A DNA stretch of 64,000 bases from Candidatus Bathyarchaeia archaeon (GTDB lineage: Archaea; Thermoproteota; Bathyarchaeia; Bathyarchaeales; Bathycorpusculaceae). The stretch covers positions 1 to 64,000 of the forward strand of contig JBEKGO010000004.1 of NCBI GenBank assembly GCA_050012755.1, in the 5' to 3' direction. This document shows, in pieces, positions 19,864 to 30,453 of this stretch. The position numbers and the translations under genes are program-made. The notes below the pieces were generated by a model that did no database searches, was not told the origin of the DNA, and saw nothing but the letters and a program-made list of their open reading frames with translations. Positions within the stretch are counted from its first letter, which is position 1; each line of letters starts with the position of its first letter.

Positions 19864-20264
19864 AAGCAATACTTGAGGACGAAGGTTACATTGTTGACTT
19901 AGCAGCTACAGGAAAGGAAGCAATCATAATAACCGAAGAGAAGGCTTACAACTTGGCACTCTTAGATATTCGACTGCCCGATATGGAGGGCGTGGAACTG
20001 CTGAAGCTGATGAAGGATACGGTTCCCAGAACCCGAAAGATAATGGTGACAGGCTACCCCTCAATGCAGAATGCAGTTGCCGCTTTAAACAAGAATGCTG
20101 ATGCCTACTTGATTAAGCCTGTTGACATTGAAAAGCTCCTAAACACTGTAAAAGAACAATTGCTACTGCAAGAAAACGAGAGAGAATTTAGCGAGCAAAA
20201 GATAGCAGAGTTCATCGAAACACGCGCAAAAGAAATAGCACCTCTCACGTCTAAACAGAATTAA
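19803..20264 (+). CDS. Response regulator (receiver domain)
   Basis: ILVVDDD, LLDIRLPDMEG, VTGY, YLIKP. Confidence 0.95.
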   Translation: MGKHARILVVDDDENIRNTVKAILEDEGYIVDLAATGKEAIIITEEKAYNLALLDIRLPDMEGVELLKLMKDTVPRTRKIMVTGYPSMQNAVAALNKNADAYLIKPVDIEKLLNTVKEQLLLQENEREFSEQKIAEFIETRAKEIAPLTSKQN

Positions 20265-20376
20265 CGACCCCAGTTTGTCTAAGCCAAAAGTCAAACGAAC
20301 AGTTTAATAAACGAAGAAATTGCTGCGGAAGACTTAAGCACTCATTCTAATTAAACGAACAAGGCAAGGTTTTTGC

Positions 20377-20616
20377 ATGGTCCATAGAAGAGTACGGGGC
20401 GGAAAATACAAAATCAAGCATGTTGAGAAGCAATGCCCCGTTGAGTTAGGTGAGGAATTACTAGTGAACATCACCGACGTGGCTCCAAGTGGAGACGGAA
20501 TTTCAAAAATTCGGGGCTGTGATATTATGGTGCCGAAAGCCAAGCCTAGAGACTGCGTGAAAATAAGGATAACACAAGTCGGCAAAAAAGCGGCAGTTGG
20601 CGAAATAATTAACTAA
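20377..20616 (+). CDS. Single TRAM-domain RNA-binding protein
   Basis: PVELGEE..ITDVAPSGDGISKI.G..IMVP..VKIRITQV. Confidence 0.8.
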   Translation: MVHRRVRGGKYKIKHVEKQCPVELGEELLVNITDVAPSGDGISKIRGCDIMVPKAKPRDCVKIRITQVGKKAAVGEIIN

Positions 20617-20951
20617 TTCAGTCATTGCTTTTCGTTGGTGATTGGCGTGCCCAAGCCATTTTGAAACACACGAACGCCGTAATGGAGCAGACTTTTCACC
20701 GCATTTACTCTATTTATTGGCACGCATGCGACACCATGAATTAAACCATACAAAGATAGAAATGTCATGGTTAGAAACGAAGATTTCGAATAGACTGATA
20801 GTTTTAAAACAAAAAGTGGCAACCTCGAAACCACCTCTTTGATTGGATGAAGTCTCATTATGCCACTTCTTGCAGGATTATTCTTCAAACGAAAAAGTTA
20901 AGCATTTGCCCTAATTGTCTCCCGTCTTCAACGTTGCACTGAGGATGTTGT

Positions 20952-21692
20952 TTACTTTTTGATTTCTGGCCTTAATCGGCTAAAAACAATTTGGTAACCA
21001 ACGATGAGTGAGTAAAATGCATATGAAAGTAGAATTGCAGGGCGGTGAACAGCATACTTAAGGTCGCTAACCATGAACTCAACATGTTTTCTAGCTGTCC
21101 ATACTTCTTCTGGCCGATAATGAACGCAGTAAGGTTCATAAACGCCTAGTACTTTGTAGCCTTTTTTGCCTATCCACTCTTTTATGTATCCGTCCTCATA
21201 AGTGTGCAGTTGAAAGGGTATTTTGATGTCTTCAACTGTTTTTCGTCGAACCAGCAAATCATGAGTTCCGCCTCTTTTTTCAAAAATTTTTAGTGTAACC
21301 CTCTCAAACATCTTCAATAATTTTCTACGTTGCAGGACCGACCAAATTTCAATACCCCAGACAGCGCCCACATCATCTTTCACAAGTTTTTTCGCCTCAG
21401 CAAACCAATTTTTCGACAAGATAACATCGCTGTCCACAAACACAAACCAGTCGGTTTTTGCCAATTGAATTGCTGTCTGTCTAGCGCTGCCTCTGGTTCC
21501 TTTTTCTTGAACGAAAATAACATTTCCATATTTTTGCTGAAATTCCTTCACGATGTCCGCTGTGGCATCAGTGGAGTAACCGTCAATAACAATGAGGTTG
21601 TTAACCGGTATATTTCGATAAACAGAATTAATGCATATTTTGAGCAAACGTTCGCTGTTCATTGTGAGAATGGCAACGTCAACGTGTTCCAT
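20952..21692 (-). CDS. Glycosyltransferase family 2
   Basis: IVIDGYSTDAT, FVFVDSD, TYED. Confidence 0.9.
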   Translation of the reverse strand: MEHVDVAILTMNSERLLKICINSVYRNIPVNNLIVIDGYSTDATADIVKEFQQKYGNVIFVQEKGTRGSARQTAIQLAKTDWFVFVDSDVILSKNWFAEAKKLVKDDVGAVWGIEIWSVLQRRKLLKMFERVTLKIFEKRGGTHDLLVRRKTVEDIKIPFQLHTYEDGYIKEWIGKKGYKVLGVYEPYCVHYRPEEVWTARKHVEFMVSDLKYAVHRPAILLSYAFYSLIVGYQIVFSRLRPEIKK

Positions 21693-21721
21693 AAGTAATC
21701 AACCTGCGAGGAAAAACGTTT

Positions 21722-22903
21722 TTAATACCCCATTAAGCCGCAGCATCGAGAACATATTGGAAAAACTCCATTCTCACAGCTTCTTAGGGCACGCCTAAAT
21801 TTGCGGTGTTTTTCACTGTTGTATATTTCTAGTATGCTTGATTCCTTAATGTTTCCTGTCACGAAGTCCGGAAAGTCTCTGCATGTTACAGTATCTCCAT
21901 TTGGCATTACATCTAATTGGAACCAGGGTGAAACACATTTTTTGTAACCGAAGAAATTTTCTGGTTCATTATAGTAAGTTCGGATCTCCTCGGGTTTGAG
22001 GTTAGGTACAAAAAGGATAGGCAACTTGGATTTTCTAGATTTTATGGTTCGTACTTGTTCAGCAATTTTATCCATATTCATTTGTGTAGTATCGCGGACG
22101 TATCCTTTCCATGCAAAAGGTGTTATGCCCAATTTTTCTTCTGCAATTTTAGTATGCTTTTGCCCTATCCATTCCCGTGTGAACCAAGAATAATAGACTG
22201 TCATGCCATCAGGACCTAACTTCTCGGCTTCCTTCACCGTATCAAGTAATGAGTTTTCATTATTCTTGGAAATTGTGGTTAAGACAAAGATTGCGGGTTT
22301 AGATTTCTTTTTCTCTTTTTTCAGTTTTTGAATTGCCATTATTCCTTTGATTGTTGTATCTAATGCTCCTGGAACACCTCGGCATTTATCGTGAATTTCT
22401 CTGGGACCATCGAAGGAGACGCAGATCATATCCCATCCATTGTCAACTATGGTTTCAGCATTTTTTTCCAAGCAGGAACCATTTGTCACTATTTGAACTG
22501 TTAAGCCTTTTTCTTTCATATAGTTAACAAGGGGAACTAGTGGTTCGTAGAGGAAGGGTTCGCCCCCTGTTATGTAAACGTGAACTTTTTTTGGGGCGAC
22601 CTCATCGATTACTTTTTTGTAAACTTCTACAGGGACCTCTCCTGTAACTTTCGGGGTGTCTTCCCTAGCGTTGTATCCGGTTTGTCCCCATTGTGCACAG
22701 ATTGCACATCGATGATTGCACCGATGCGTAATTCTTAAGCTAAGTAGCCAAAGGGCAGAACTGCTTCCGTCTTCGTTTCCATAATCTAGTTTTGTTTTAA
22801 CAAATTCTCTATACACTCCTCTGGCGAAACTCTTTACGAGATCGGGGTTTCTGCATACTGGAGTGAAGAACTGTGTTGGAATCCGCCTCATGCACACTAC
22901 CAT
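21722..22903 (-). CDS. Radical SAM / SPASM(twitch) protein
   Basis: CNHRCAIC, TGGEPFL, C-terminal CVSPW..NGDTVTC..CSRCC. Confidence 0.92.
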   Translation of the reverse strand: MVVCMRRIPTQFFTPVCRNPDLVKSFARGVYREFVKTKLDYGNEDGSSSALWLLSLRITHRCNHRCAICAQWGQTGYNAREDTPKVTGEVPVEVYKKVIDEVAPKKVHVYITGGEPFLYEPLVPLVNYMKEKGLTVQIVTNGSCLEKNAETIVDNGWDMICVSFDGPREIHDKCRGVPGALDTTIKGIMAIQKLKKEKKKSKPAIFVLTTISKNNENSLLDTVKEAEKLGPDGMTVYYSWFTREWIGQKHTKIAEEKLGITPFAWKGYVRDTTQMNMDKIAEQVRTIKSRKSKLPILFVPNLKPEEIRTYYNEPENFFGYKKCVSPWFQLDVMPNGDTVTCRDFPDFVTGNIKESSILEIYNSEKHRKFRRALRSCENGVFPICSRCCGLMGY

Positions 22904-23176
22904 TTGTTATATCCCGTAGGGCGCATTGCATAATTTAAGTTTGCCCCATTAACACTCGGCATTCAGCTATGCGGAATCTAAATAAACATGTCGTAAGGAT
23001 CTTTCTGATGAAGCAAACATTACATTAAAAAATACAAATTTGCAAAAAAGAAAAAACTCTTTACAAATAACAATTGTTGTTAACTAAAATCTTATTACGT
23101 GCAAAAGACCTTCTCATCCATTGCGCAAATTACCTTCTAGGCAATTATTTTTATCGTCTTTAACACTTGAGAAGTC

Positions 23177-23299
23177 TTATTTCTTCCCTTTAGGCGGAAG
23201 CTGCGACCGCAACGCTTTCTTTTTTGCTTCTTTTTCTCGTTGCGCTTTCTTTTGCTGTTCAAGCTGTGTATTCTTCTTTTTCCTTTTCATAACGCTCAT
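23177..23299 (-). CDS. 40-aa highly basic small protein
   Basis: MSVMKRKKKNTQLEQQKKAQREKEAKKKALRSQLPPKGKK with AGGTGA SD; below the ORF-track cutoff. Confidence 0.6.
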   Translation of the reverse strand: MSVMKRKKKNTQLEQQKKAQREKEAKKKALRSQLPPKGKK

Positions 23300-23493
23300 A
23301 TATTCACCTTAACCAAGCAATCAAGTGTTTCACGTATTCTAAAACCTTGCTATTTGTGGCAATGTCGTGAAATCAGTTTTTGTGCAATAGTTCTATTATT
23401 TACTATTATTTTGACTTAATAATTGACTTAACCATTATTATTTGTAAACATGCGACTGCTAGTGTTATATAGTGTAATTAACGTATATAAAGT

Positions 23494-23805
23494 GTGAAAT
23501 TGATGAGTAAACTAGAAAAAACTAAGAACAAAAAGATAGTAGCAAAAGTAACTCCCGTAAAGGAAATACCTGAAGGAAGAAAAATCGCAAAAATTCCTGA
23601 GTACGATGCAGTTTTTAAGCAGATTATTGAAAGCCCTGAGAAAATGTTTAAGGTAGAAGTTGAAGGAAAAACAGTCAGATCATTGTACGCCCCGTTCTCT
23701 TTCAGAGTTAAGTCATACAACAAAAAACCAGAAAGAAAATTCAATGCAGCACTAAGAGTGCGCAATAAAGAAGTCTATATTGTCAAGTTGGACAAAAAAG
23801 AATAA
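23494..23805 (+). CDS. Basic hypothetical protein
   Basis: 103 aa Lys-rich ORF upstream of aIF2-alpha. Confidence 0.6.
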   Translation: MKLMSKLEKTKNKKIVAKVTPVKEIPEGRKIAKIPEYDAVFKQIIESPEKMFKVEVEGKTVRSLYAPFSFRVKSYNKKPERKFNAALRVRNKEVYIVKLDKKE

Positions 23806-23851
23806 AGCAGTCCAATCCATATCCTTTCGTTTGTTAAAGTGGATATAACCT

Positions 23852-24640
23852 ATGTCGGAACATAAACCTGAGTGGCCTGAATCTGGCGACCTCGTTATCG
23901 CTACCATCGAGAGCGTAATGGATTACGGAGCCTACGCCAACTTGGATGAATTTAATAAACGAGGCTTTCTTCACATCTCTGAAATTTCAAGCGCCAGAAT
24001 AAGAAACGTCCGCGATTTTGTTCGGGAAAAACAGAAAATGGTCCTGAAAGTAGTTCATGTAAACCTTGAAAAAGGCCACATTGATTTATCCCTGAGACGA
24101 GTTACAAAGCGAGAAAGAATCGAAAAAATCAAAGCTTGGAAAAAGGACCGCAAAGGCGAAGTACTGTTACGGGCGGTTGCAGAAAAAGTGGGTTTACCCA
24201 TTCATGAGGTTTACCAAAAAGCAGGCATTATTCTTGAAGAAAGAGTCGGTTTGTACGAGGGTTTTGAAAAGGTCCTTAAAGAAGGCACAGAAGCCCTAAC
24301 GAAACTCGATATACCTGAAGATATTGCCAAGGCCTTCGCTGAAGTTGCGGAAGAACGGATCCATATCAAATTGGTGAAAGTTAGGGGAGTGTTGGAAATT
24401 CGCTGTATGAAACCCAACGGTGTGAAATGTATTCAGGATGCTTTTTTAGGTGCCAAGAAAGGACAAAAAGCTAAAGATGTAAAAATCGAGTTTAGCGTTA
24501 TCGCTGCTCCTAGATATAGCGTCGAAGTGTCGGCTGATAACTGGAAGCGTGCGGAAGAACTTCTTGACGAAGTAAGTCAAAATGTCGTCACAAACATTAC
24601 TAAGGCAGGCGGCACTGGCTCTTTTAAGCGAGAAAAATAG
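23852..24640 (+). CDS. eif2a: Translation initiation factor 2 subunit alpha (aIF2-alpha)
   Basis: PESGDLVIAT..YGAY..LDEF..GFLHISEIS..GHIDLSLRRV S1 domain; AAPRY. Confidence 0.95.
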   Translation: MSEHKPEWPESGDLVIATIESVMDYGAYANLDEFNKRGFLHISEISSARIRNVRDFVREKQKMVLKVVHVNLEKGHIDLSLRRVTKRERIEKIKAWKKDRKGEVLLRAVAEKVGLPIHEVYQKAGIILEERVGLYEGFEKVLKEGTEALTKLDIPEDIAKAFAEVAEERIHIKLVKVRGVLEIRCMKPNGVKCIQDAFLGAKKGQKAKDVKIEFSVIAAPRYSVEVSADNWKRAEELLDEVSQNVVTNITKAGGTGSFKREK

Positions 24641-24652
24641 TAAGGCGAAAGC

Positions 24653-24991
24653 ATGAAAGAACCAGATGACAAAGTAGTTTGGGGTCACGTAGAAAAACTA
24701 GGCAAAGGTACCCGAGCAAACTATGAAGCAGACAAAAAAACCATCACATTCTGCTTTAAAAGAGATGCACAAACCACGAGCGAGCAACTAAGAAAACTGC
24801 GCGAAGAACTTATGAATGAATTGAAAGCATTAGGCTATGTCAGCCATATGAAGTATAATGGAGAAGTCATTGCAGAAGACATAGCTGAAGAAGATGTAGT
24901 AATAACCAGAAAAAATCACCAACTCTTGATTCGATTAAACAAAAAGGGCTCCGGGCCACAAGAAAAAGATGCTTCTGAAGAGCCAACTTAA
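24653..24991 (+). CDS. Hypothetical protein
   Basis: 112 aa ORF 12 nt after aIF2-alpha. Confidence 0.6.
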   Translation: MKEPDDKVVWGHVEKLGKGTRANYEADKKTITFCFKRDAQTTSEQLRKLREELMNELKALGYVSHMKYNGEVIAEDIAEEDVVITRKNHQLLIRLNKKGSGPQEKDASEEPT

Positions 24992-25340
24992 TTTTTCCTT
25001 TGTAAGAAATAAACAAAAATTGATTCTTTTTCTAAATTTTAAAGAAGCACTTTAGCTGTTATTCAAACGTTTCTGAAACTGCTGCCACCCGTTAGAATGC
25101 ATACTGTGTTTGATTCAGTTCTAAAAAATATCATACGGTATGCAAGGAATGCAATAATTCCTCATAACGCTTTTTTTCGAAAAAATTGTTAGTTTACGTG
25201 ATATCGATTTATAGAAATTCACGCTTATTGAATAAAAGAAACAAACTCAAAAACCCAATTGAACCAAAAAACCCAAACATTCTATCTATCAAATGAAAAA
25301 CAAAAAACCAAAACAAACAAACCAAAGGCAGAAAACAAGT

Positions 25341-25370
25341 GACCCCCCCGGTTCATGAAACTATGTTGAC
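25341..25370. repeat. Dispersed 29-30 bp motif (dyad + G-string), solo copy
   Basis: GACCCCCCCGGTTCATGAAACTATGTTGAC, near-identical to three copies at 58066-58271. Confidence 0.85.
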
Positions 25371-25444
25371 CTATGTTAAAAACTAGTAAAATCTTCCATC
25401 GAAAAAAGGTATATTTTCAGTCAATCAAATGAAACGGATTGTGA

Positions 25445-27421
25445 TTACAAAAATGGAGAGAGAAGTCGGAATGCTATTCCCCCTACTAATATTGCAACAG
25501 CAAAGTTTGCGACTGACATGATGATAGCAGTTTTCCAACCGTAATCTTTTGCAATTATTGCAACCGTGGATAAGCATGGAATGTAAATCATATTCACTAG
25601 AGCAAGCACAAAGAGTTGAGTGTGGCTAAAGAACAAAGCCAAGTTGGTGGTGCTAAAGATTGCAACAGCAGCCAGCAACACCATTTCTTTCCGGACGAAC
25701 CCAAGAATAAGCAATACTCCAGCTATGGCTGGAAGCCCAAGCCAAAACACTGTGACAGGAGACAACGCGTTGCTTATTTGCTGCAGAACACCCACTGCAT
25801 ACAAACCTTGGACAGCGACGCTTCCAGCAATGTAAAGCGGAACCACAATGTAAATCAAGGATTTGGTTCGAGCCCAAGTTTGTCTAGCAACCACCTTAAT
25901 AGAAGGCACTTTGAAGGATTTCATCTCCATAATCAAGCCAGTGGATTGACCAGGAACAACTTTTAGCGCTATTCTTCCAAGAATAAAAATAAGGGCAATG
26001 TTAATGACGTAAAGCGATAATGCCCACCAAGGACCCAGGAAAACCGCTACTAAACCAAGGATAACTATGGTTCTAGCTGCACACGGAGCAAATGTAATTG
26101 CAAAGGTCGCTAGTAACCGTTCCCGTTTAGTTTCCATAATTCTGCAGGCGCGAATAGCGGGTACATTGCAGCCGTACCCCAAAATTAAGGGTATCAATGC
26201 TTTGCCGTGCAAACCGATTTTATGCATGGCACTGTCCATCATGAAGGCCACACGAGTGAGGATGCCTGAATCCTCTATCATGGCTAACATCAGGTAAAAG
26301 GGCACGACAAAGGGAATAATTAGCGTTAAACTTGCGACCACTCCGCCCCAAACTCCGTTCCAGAGAATTCCCTGAATTGACCCACTTAGAGAAGGATTAA
26401 CAGGTGAAAAGAACGACAGGCCTCTTGAGAATAATCCTGAAAGCAGGTTTCCGATGCCGAAAGTCCAAAGTAATAAACCTGCAATTACTGCAGCTGATAT
26501 AACGTAGCCGAAGACACGGTGGGTGGTTAGCCACTCTACCTTGTCGGAAATGGTTGTTCGCACATCGGCTTGATGCTGAACTTCATTCGCAATTTTGCTT
26601 GCCAAGCTGTAGCGCTCTGCTGCAATAACTGCAAACGAGGGTTCATGATGGATTGCAGAGATTTCAGCAGCTAAAGCTTCAGACGCTTTGTTGACAGTTT
26701 CGGAAGATGCCACTAACTTTTTGGTTTCAGGGTCATTTTCGAGTAGTTTGATAGCTGCCCAACGGGAAGGATAATTGAGGTTCAGATTGGCGTTTTGAAT
26801 AATTTGTTCAAGTTTGCTTATGCGTTGCTCAATTTCATCGCCATATCGAAGATAGTGTTCCTTGTGATTGCGGCACTCTCGTGCAACATTGACGGCTGTT
26901 TTGGTAAGTTCGTATATTCCTTCGCCTCTAATCGCTACGGCAGGAACAACTGGTACGCCTAGAAGTTGCTCGAGCTTTTGGCGGTTAATGGTTATACCTT
27001 TTTTCTTAGCTTCGTCTAACTGATTCAGACAGATAACCAAAGGGGCATCCATTTCAAGAAGTTGCATGGTAAAAAACAAGTTTCGCTCCAAAACCGCTGC
27101 GTCAACCACGTTTACTACAACATCTGGGTTATCGGTGGCGATATATTCTCTTGATACAAGCTCTTCCATACCAAAGGTTGAAAAAGAATAGATGCCCGGC
27201 AAGTCAATTACTGTGATTTTTTGGCCTTCAAAAGTAAGGGTGCCTTCTGCTTTCTCAACTGTTTTTCCTGGCCAGTTGCCGATTATTTGACTTGAACCTG
27301 TAAGTTGATTGAAGAGAACGCTTTTTCCAACGTTTGCGTTGCCTGCTAGTGCTATGGTTAAGGTCTGTCCATTATTTGTTTGTTTTTTAGAATTAGAAGC
27401 TGCATCTGAATGGCAGGACAT
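25445..27421 (-). CDS. feoB: Ferrous iron transporter FeoB
   Basis: [36 protein letters not shown]. Confidence 0.97.
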   Translation of the reverse strand: MSCHSDAASNSKKQTNNGQTLTIALAGNANVGKSVLFNQLTGSSQIIGNWPGKTVEKAEGTLTFEGQKITVIDLPGIYSFSTFGMEELVSREYIATDNPDVVVNVVDAAVLERNLFFTMQLLEMDAPLVICLNQLDEAKKKGITINRQKLEQLLGVPVVPAVAIRGEGIYELTKTAVNVARECRNHKEHYLRYGDEIEQRISKLEQIIQNANLNLNYPSRWAAIKLLENDPETKKLVASSETVNKASEALAAEISAIHHEPSFAVIAAERYSLASKIANEVQHQADVRTTISDKVEWLTTHRVFGYVISAAVIAGLLLWTFGIGNLLSGLFSRGLSFFSPVNPSLSGSIQGILWNGVWGGVVASLTLIIPFVVPFYLMLAMIEDSGILTRVAFMMDSAMHKIGLHGKALIPLILGYGCNVPAIRACRIMETKRERLLATFAITFAPCAARTIVILGLVAVFLGPWWALSLYVINIALIFILGRIALKVVPGQSTGLIMEMKSFKVPSIKVVARQTWARTKSLIYIVVPLYIAGSVAVQGLYAVGVLQQISNALSPVTVFWLGLPAIAGVLLILGFVRKEMVLLAAVAIFSTTNLALFFSHTQLFVLALVNMIYIPCLSTVAIIAKDYGWKTAIIMSVANFAVAILVGGIAFRLLSPFL

Positions 27422-27423
27422 GC

Positions 27424-28167
27424 CTAACCAGCCTTCTTCGGGCTTAATTCCACAAACACGTTAGCAGCAATATCTTGTCCCAATGCTACTTTTGAGCCTC
27501 GTACGCAAACTTCGATTGGACCCTTGAGTGGCGCGACTCTTTCAATTTTTATTGAAGTTCCTGGAGTTAATCCCATGTCGAGAAGTCTTTGAAGGGTTCT
27601 GTGTTCGCCTCTGATGAAAGAGACTTTGGCGTTTACACCTGATTTAAGGCTGCAAATTGATTGCAGGTTCTCATGACGTTTTCCAACTTCTTCAAGCCCT
27701 TTCTTGTGTGAAGAAATGCATTCTTCGCATGTTGTAAACGGTAAGTCACAGGCTGGAATTATTTTGCCGTCGTCAGGGCAGGTGTCAGGATGTTTTAGTA
27801 AGCGGCAGAGTGATTCTTCTGCTTCATCTGATAATGTATGTTCCATTTCGCAGGCTTGAGCGTGGACTTGATCTTTTCCAATGTGCAGCACATCTGAGAG
27901 GAACCTTTCAAGCAGTCTGTGTTTTCGGGTTATTTTCTGTGCTTCTGCTTGTCCTTTTAGTGTAAGAAAGGTGCCGTGGTATGCGGAATAGCTGAGGTAG
28001 CCTTTTTGGGACATTTTTTTGAGCATTTCAGTTACGCTTGCTGGTGCAATGCTAAAGTATCGTGAAATTTCGGTGGTGTTGACTGGATCGCCGTTGTTTG
28101 ACAGCGAGGCTATTACTCTTAGGTAATCTTGCACGCTTTTGCTTGAAGATGTTTTCAATTTAGGCAT
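27424..28167 (-). CDS. DtxR/MntR-family metal-dependent repressor with C-terminal FeoA domain
   Basis: QDYLRVI..APASVTEML, RKHRLLERFL, ACEMEH, RLLDMGLTPG. Confidence 0.93.
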   Translation of the reverse strand: MPKLKTSSSKSVQDYLRVIASLSNNGDPVNTTEISRYFSIAPASVTEMLKKMSQKGYLSYSAYHGTFLTLKGQAEAQKITRKHRLLERFLSDVLHIGKDQVHAQACEMEHTLSDEAEESLCRLLKHPDTCPDDGKIIPACDLPFTTCEECISSHKKGLEEVGKRHENLQSICSLKSGVNAKVSFIRGEHRTLQRLLDMGLTPGTSIKIERVAPLKGPIEVCVRGSKVALGQDIAANVFVELSPKKAG

Positions 28168-28216
28168 ACCTAAATTAGGGTTTAGGTGACCCTAATAAAT
28201 ATTTAGGCATGCCTAA
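28160..28216. promoter_or_regulatory. Three TTAGG-N4-CCTAA palindromes: probable DtxR-family operator
   Basis: Boxes at 28160-28173, 28182-28195 and 28203-28216, overlapping the start codon and promoter of the repressor-feoB operon. Confidence 0.8.
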
Positions 28217-28274
28217 CTTTTTTGCTCATGAAAAAAGGTAAAATTCTTTTTCTGAAAATTATTAAAAGAAGGCT

Positions 28275-29330
28275 TTAGAGACCAAAACTATTGATCACTT
28301 GGCCAGAGTTGGCGTCGATGACAAGTACAATTTTGTTCCCCTTATGATCGTATTTCGCAAACCAGACTGGAACATGAAGCAACTCTACATCTCCAATATC
28401 TGAATCAGTATTTATCGACTGGATCATATGATATTTCTCATGTGCCTTTTGCGATTGAAGCTGATCCACCAACGTCTTTGCCTGTGATTTCGCAACTTCT
28501 TCGCTGATGTCGCCGTTAAGTATCTTTACGCCCTTAGGTAACTTTGAAATGTCAAATAGTTCCCTGTTTTCAAGGTTGAATTGGTAGTCCCGTGGCTGAT
28601 AATCCGTTAGAGCCTTTAGCGCAATCACAGGGAAATTATAGTTCATATCCATCTGCTCGGATTTTCTCATCCCGCCCCCTCCCATGCCCACCCCCATTCC
28701 CCAAGCCATTATCCTTATCCGCTTCAACCCCAAAATACCAGCAAACGGGTTGCCAAGTGCAAATTGACCCTCAAAAGACCGCCTGCCAAATCCACCCCGA
28801 CCTCCAAAACCACCACCCATTCCTCCAAATATTACACCCATCAATGCCGCGGTTGTAGCAGCTTGCGCAAGTTGGCCAGTTTCATCCGCAGCCATTATGC
28901 TTGTTCGAGCTGAAACACTTACAATCCAGTAAGGCACGAATGTAAGGCTCATTTCCTCCTGCGTAGAATCCTCGTGCAAGTGCCTATGCAGAAGACCCCT
29001 ATCCATAAGCGGCGTAATTATTGAATTCACTTGGTCAACGGTGGCAACTTTCAAATCAAGCATTGTTTGCTTTTGAATATTGGTCCACCCTTGGGTACCA
29101 AGTGTGACTGCATTGCCACAATACTCGCAAGTTATAACCATCTCTCCAAACTTGGGCGAAATTGGCCCTCCGCAGCTCGGGCATTTCAAGGATGAAACTC
29201 CTGAAGCGGCAATTACTGGAGCCGTAGAAGTTAAGGTTGGCATAGGAGCATTTAATCCAGTGCTTGTTCCGCATTTAACGCAGAAAGCTGCATCATCTGA
29301 AAGCTGGGTCCCACATTTATGGCAATACAA
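28275..29330 (-). CDS. Double zinc-ribbon protein with Gly-rich segment
   Basis: CHKCG..CVKCG and CPSCG..CEYCG; FVPYW and HVPVW motifs. Confidence 0.75.
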   Translation of the reverse strand: MYCHKCGTQLSDDAAFCVKCGTSTGLNAPMPTLTSTAPVIAASGVSSLKCPSCGGPISPKFGEMVITCEYCGNAVTLGTQGWTNIQKQTMLDLKVATVDQVNSIITPLMDRGLLHRHLHEDSTQEEMSLTFVPYWIVSVSARTSIMAADETGQLAQAATTAALMGVIFGGMGGGFGGRGGFGRRSFEGQFALGNPFAGILGLKRIRIMAWGMGVGMGGGGMRKSEQMDMNYNFPVIALKALTDYQPRDYQFNLENRELFDISKLPKGVKILNGDISEEVAKSQAKTLVDQLQSQKAHEKYHMIQSINTDSDIGDVELLHVPVWFAKYDHKGNKIVLVIDANSGQVINSFGL

Positions 29331-29504
29331 TCTTTTCCACCAAAGTGTTTTATGAACGGTTCTTTCTCTTAAATTTACCCTTTAATGCGTTTACATTTTA
29401 TCTTTTAACTTATAATGAGGCTTTTTCTGCTGTTAAATCTGCCCTCTTTTTTAATGATTTTTTGGGAAAACAACTAAATAGCCGAAACATGCAATGTTAA
29501 AGTT

Positions 29505-30191
29505 ATGCCCAAGAAAACTTCCTCAAAGAAACTGTATTTTGCCATCATTCTAATAGTTATAATAGCCGTTTCAGCTGCTGCCGTCATCTATGTGACCCAG
29601 TTTTCTAAGGCAACCATTAAGGTTGGAGTTCATGTTGGCGACACTTTTACTTACAAACTAATTGGTGTTTCCAATTTAACAAGTCCGGATGCAGTAACTC
29701 CAGATGGTTTCTCGATTTATAACGATACAAAAGATTATACTGTCACCGTAACGGGAATTAGCGGTACTAACGTTACTCTCAATACAGTATGGGAGCTCCT
29801 GAACGGAACGCAAATTACAAGTCCCCAAACAATTGATATTTCGAATGGAAACAGAACGGATACATCAGGATTTTGGGCTCTTTATCCTTCAAATCTGAAC
29901 AAGGGGGACCTGCTTAGTCCTAAGGGTTTGGACAAACAAGTTGTTAACGACACACAGCCTCAATCATATGCTAATTCTACTAGACTCAGAAACTTTTGGC
30001 AGATAGCAGAAGAATTTCAAGACACTAGAGATCCAACAGGCAACACACAGCGTTTTGAATATGATGCTGTCTATTTCGATAGACAAACAGGAATGCTTGC
30101 ATATTTAGAAAACCATCAATATTATAACAACCCGCAGTACGACCTAACCATTACATGGCAAATTGTTAGTTCAAATGTCTGGGATGTTTAA
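29505..30191 (+). CDS. Membrane-anchored extracellular hypothetical protein
   Basis: N-terminal TM; VGVHVGDTFTY..YFDRQTGML. Confidence 0.75.
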   Translation: MPKKTSSKKLYFAIILIVIIAVSAAAVIYVTQFSKATIKVGVHVGDTFTYKLIGVSNLTSPDAVTPDGFSIYNDTKDYTVTVTGISGTNVTLNTVWELLNGTQITSPQTIDISNGNRTDTSGFWALYPSNLNKGDLLSPKGLDKQVVNDTQPQSYANSTRLRNFWQIAEEFQDTRDPTGNTQRFEYDAVYFDRQTGMLAYLENHQYYNNPQYDLTITWQIVSSNVWDV

Positions 30192-30453
30192 CACCAAATT
30201 TCCAGTTATTGAAATTTTTCAAAACTCTCCTGTTTCAACTTCGTTTTTATTGCAGTTAATTTTTTCCACCTTTATTTCTCTCACAGACACACCTGGATCA
30301 CTAGATGATCCTCACAGACTACACATATGAAACGACAACCCATCAATAATTGATGTACTCTTTTCAACATGAATTAGAAACTATGCAGGATTTAAATAGA
30401 CGAAAAAATGAAATAGCTCGGCACCCAACAAGATAAAGCAAGAAGGAATAATA

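Noticed and set aside
20622-20888. Overlapping ORFs on both strands
   Set aside because: No motifs or clear start signals; cannot decide whether either is real.
30275-30360. Possible C/D-box sRNA (CTCACAGAC repeated, GGATCA/TGATCC stem)
   Set aside because: No convincing paired C and D boxes; not supportable by eye.
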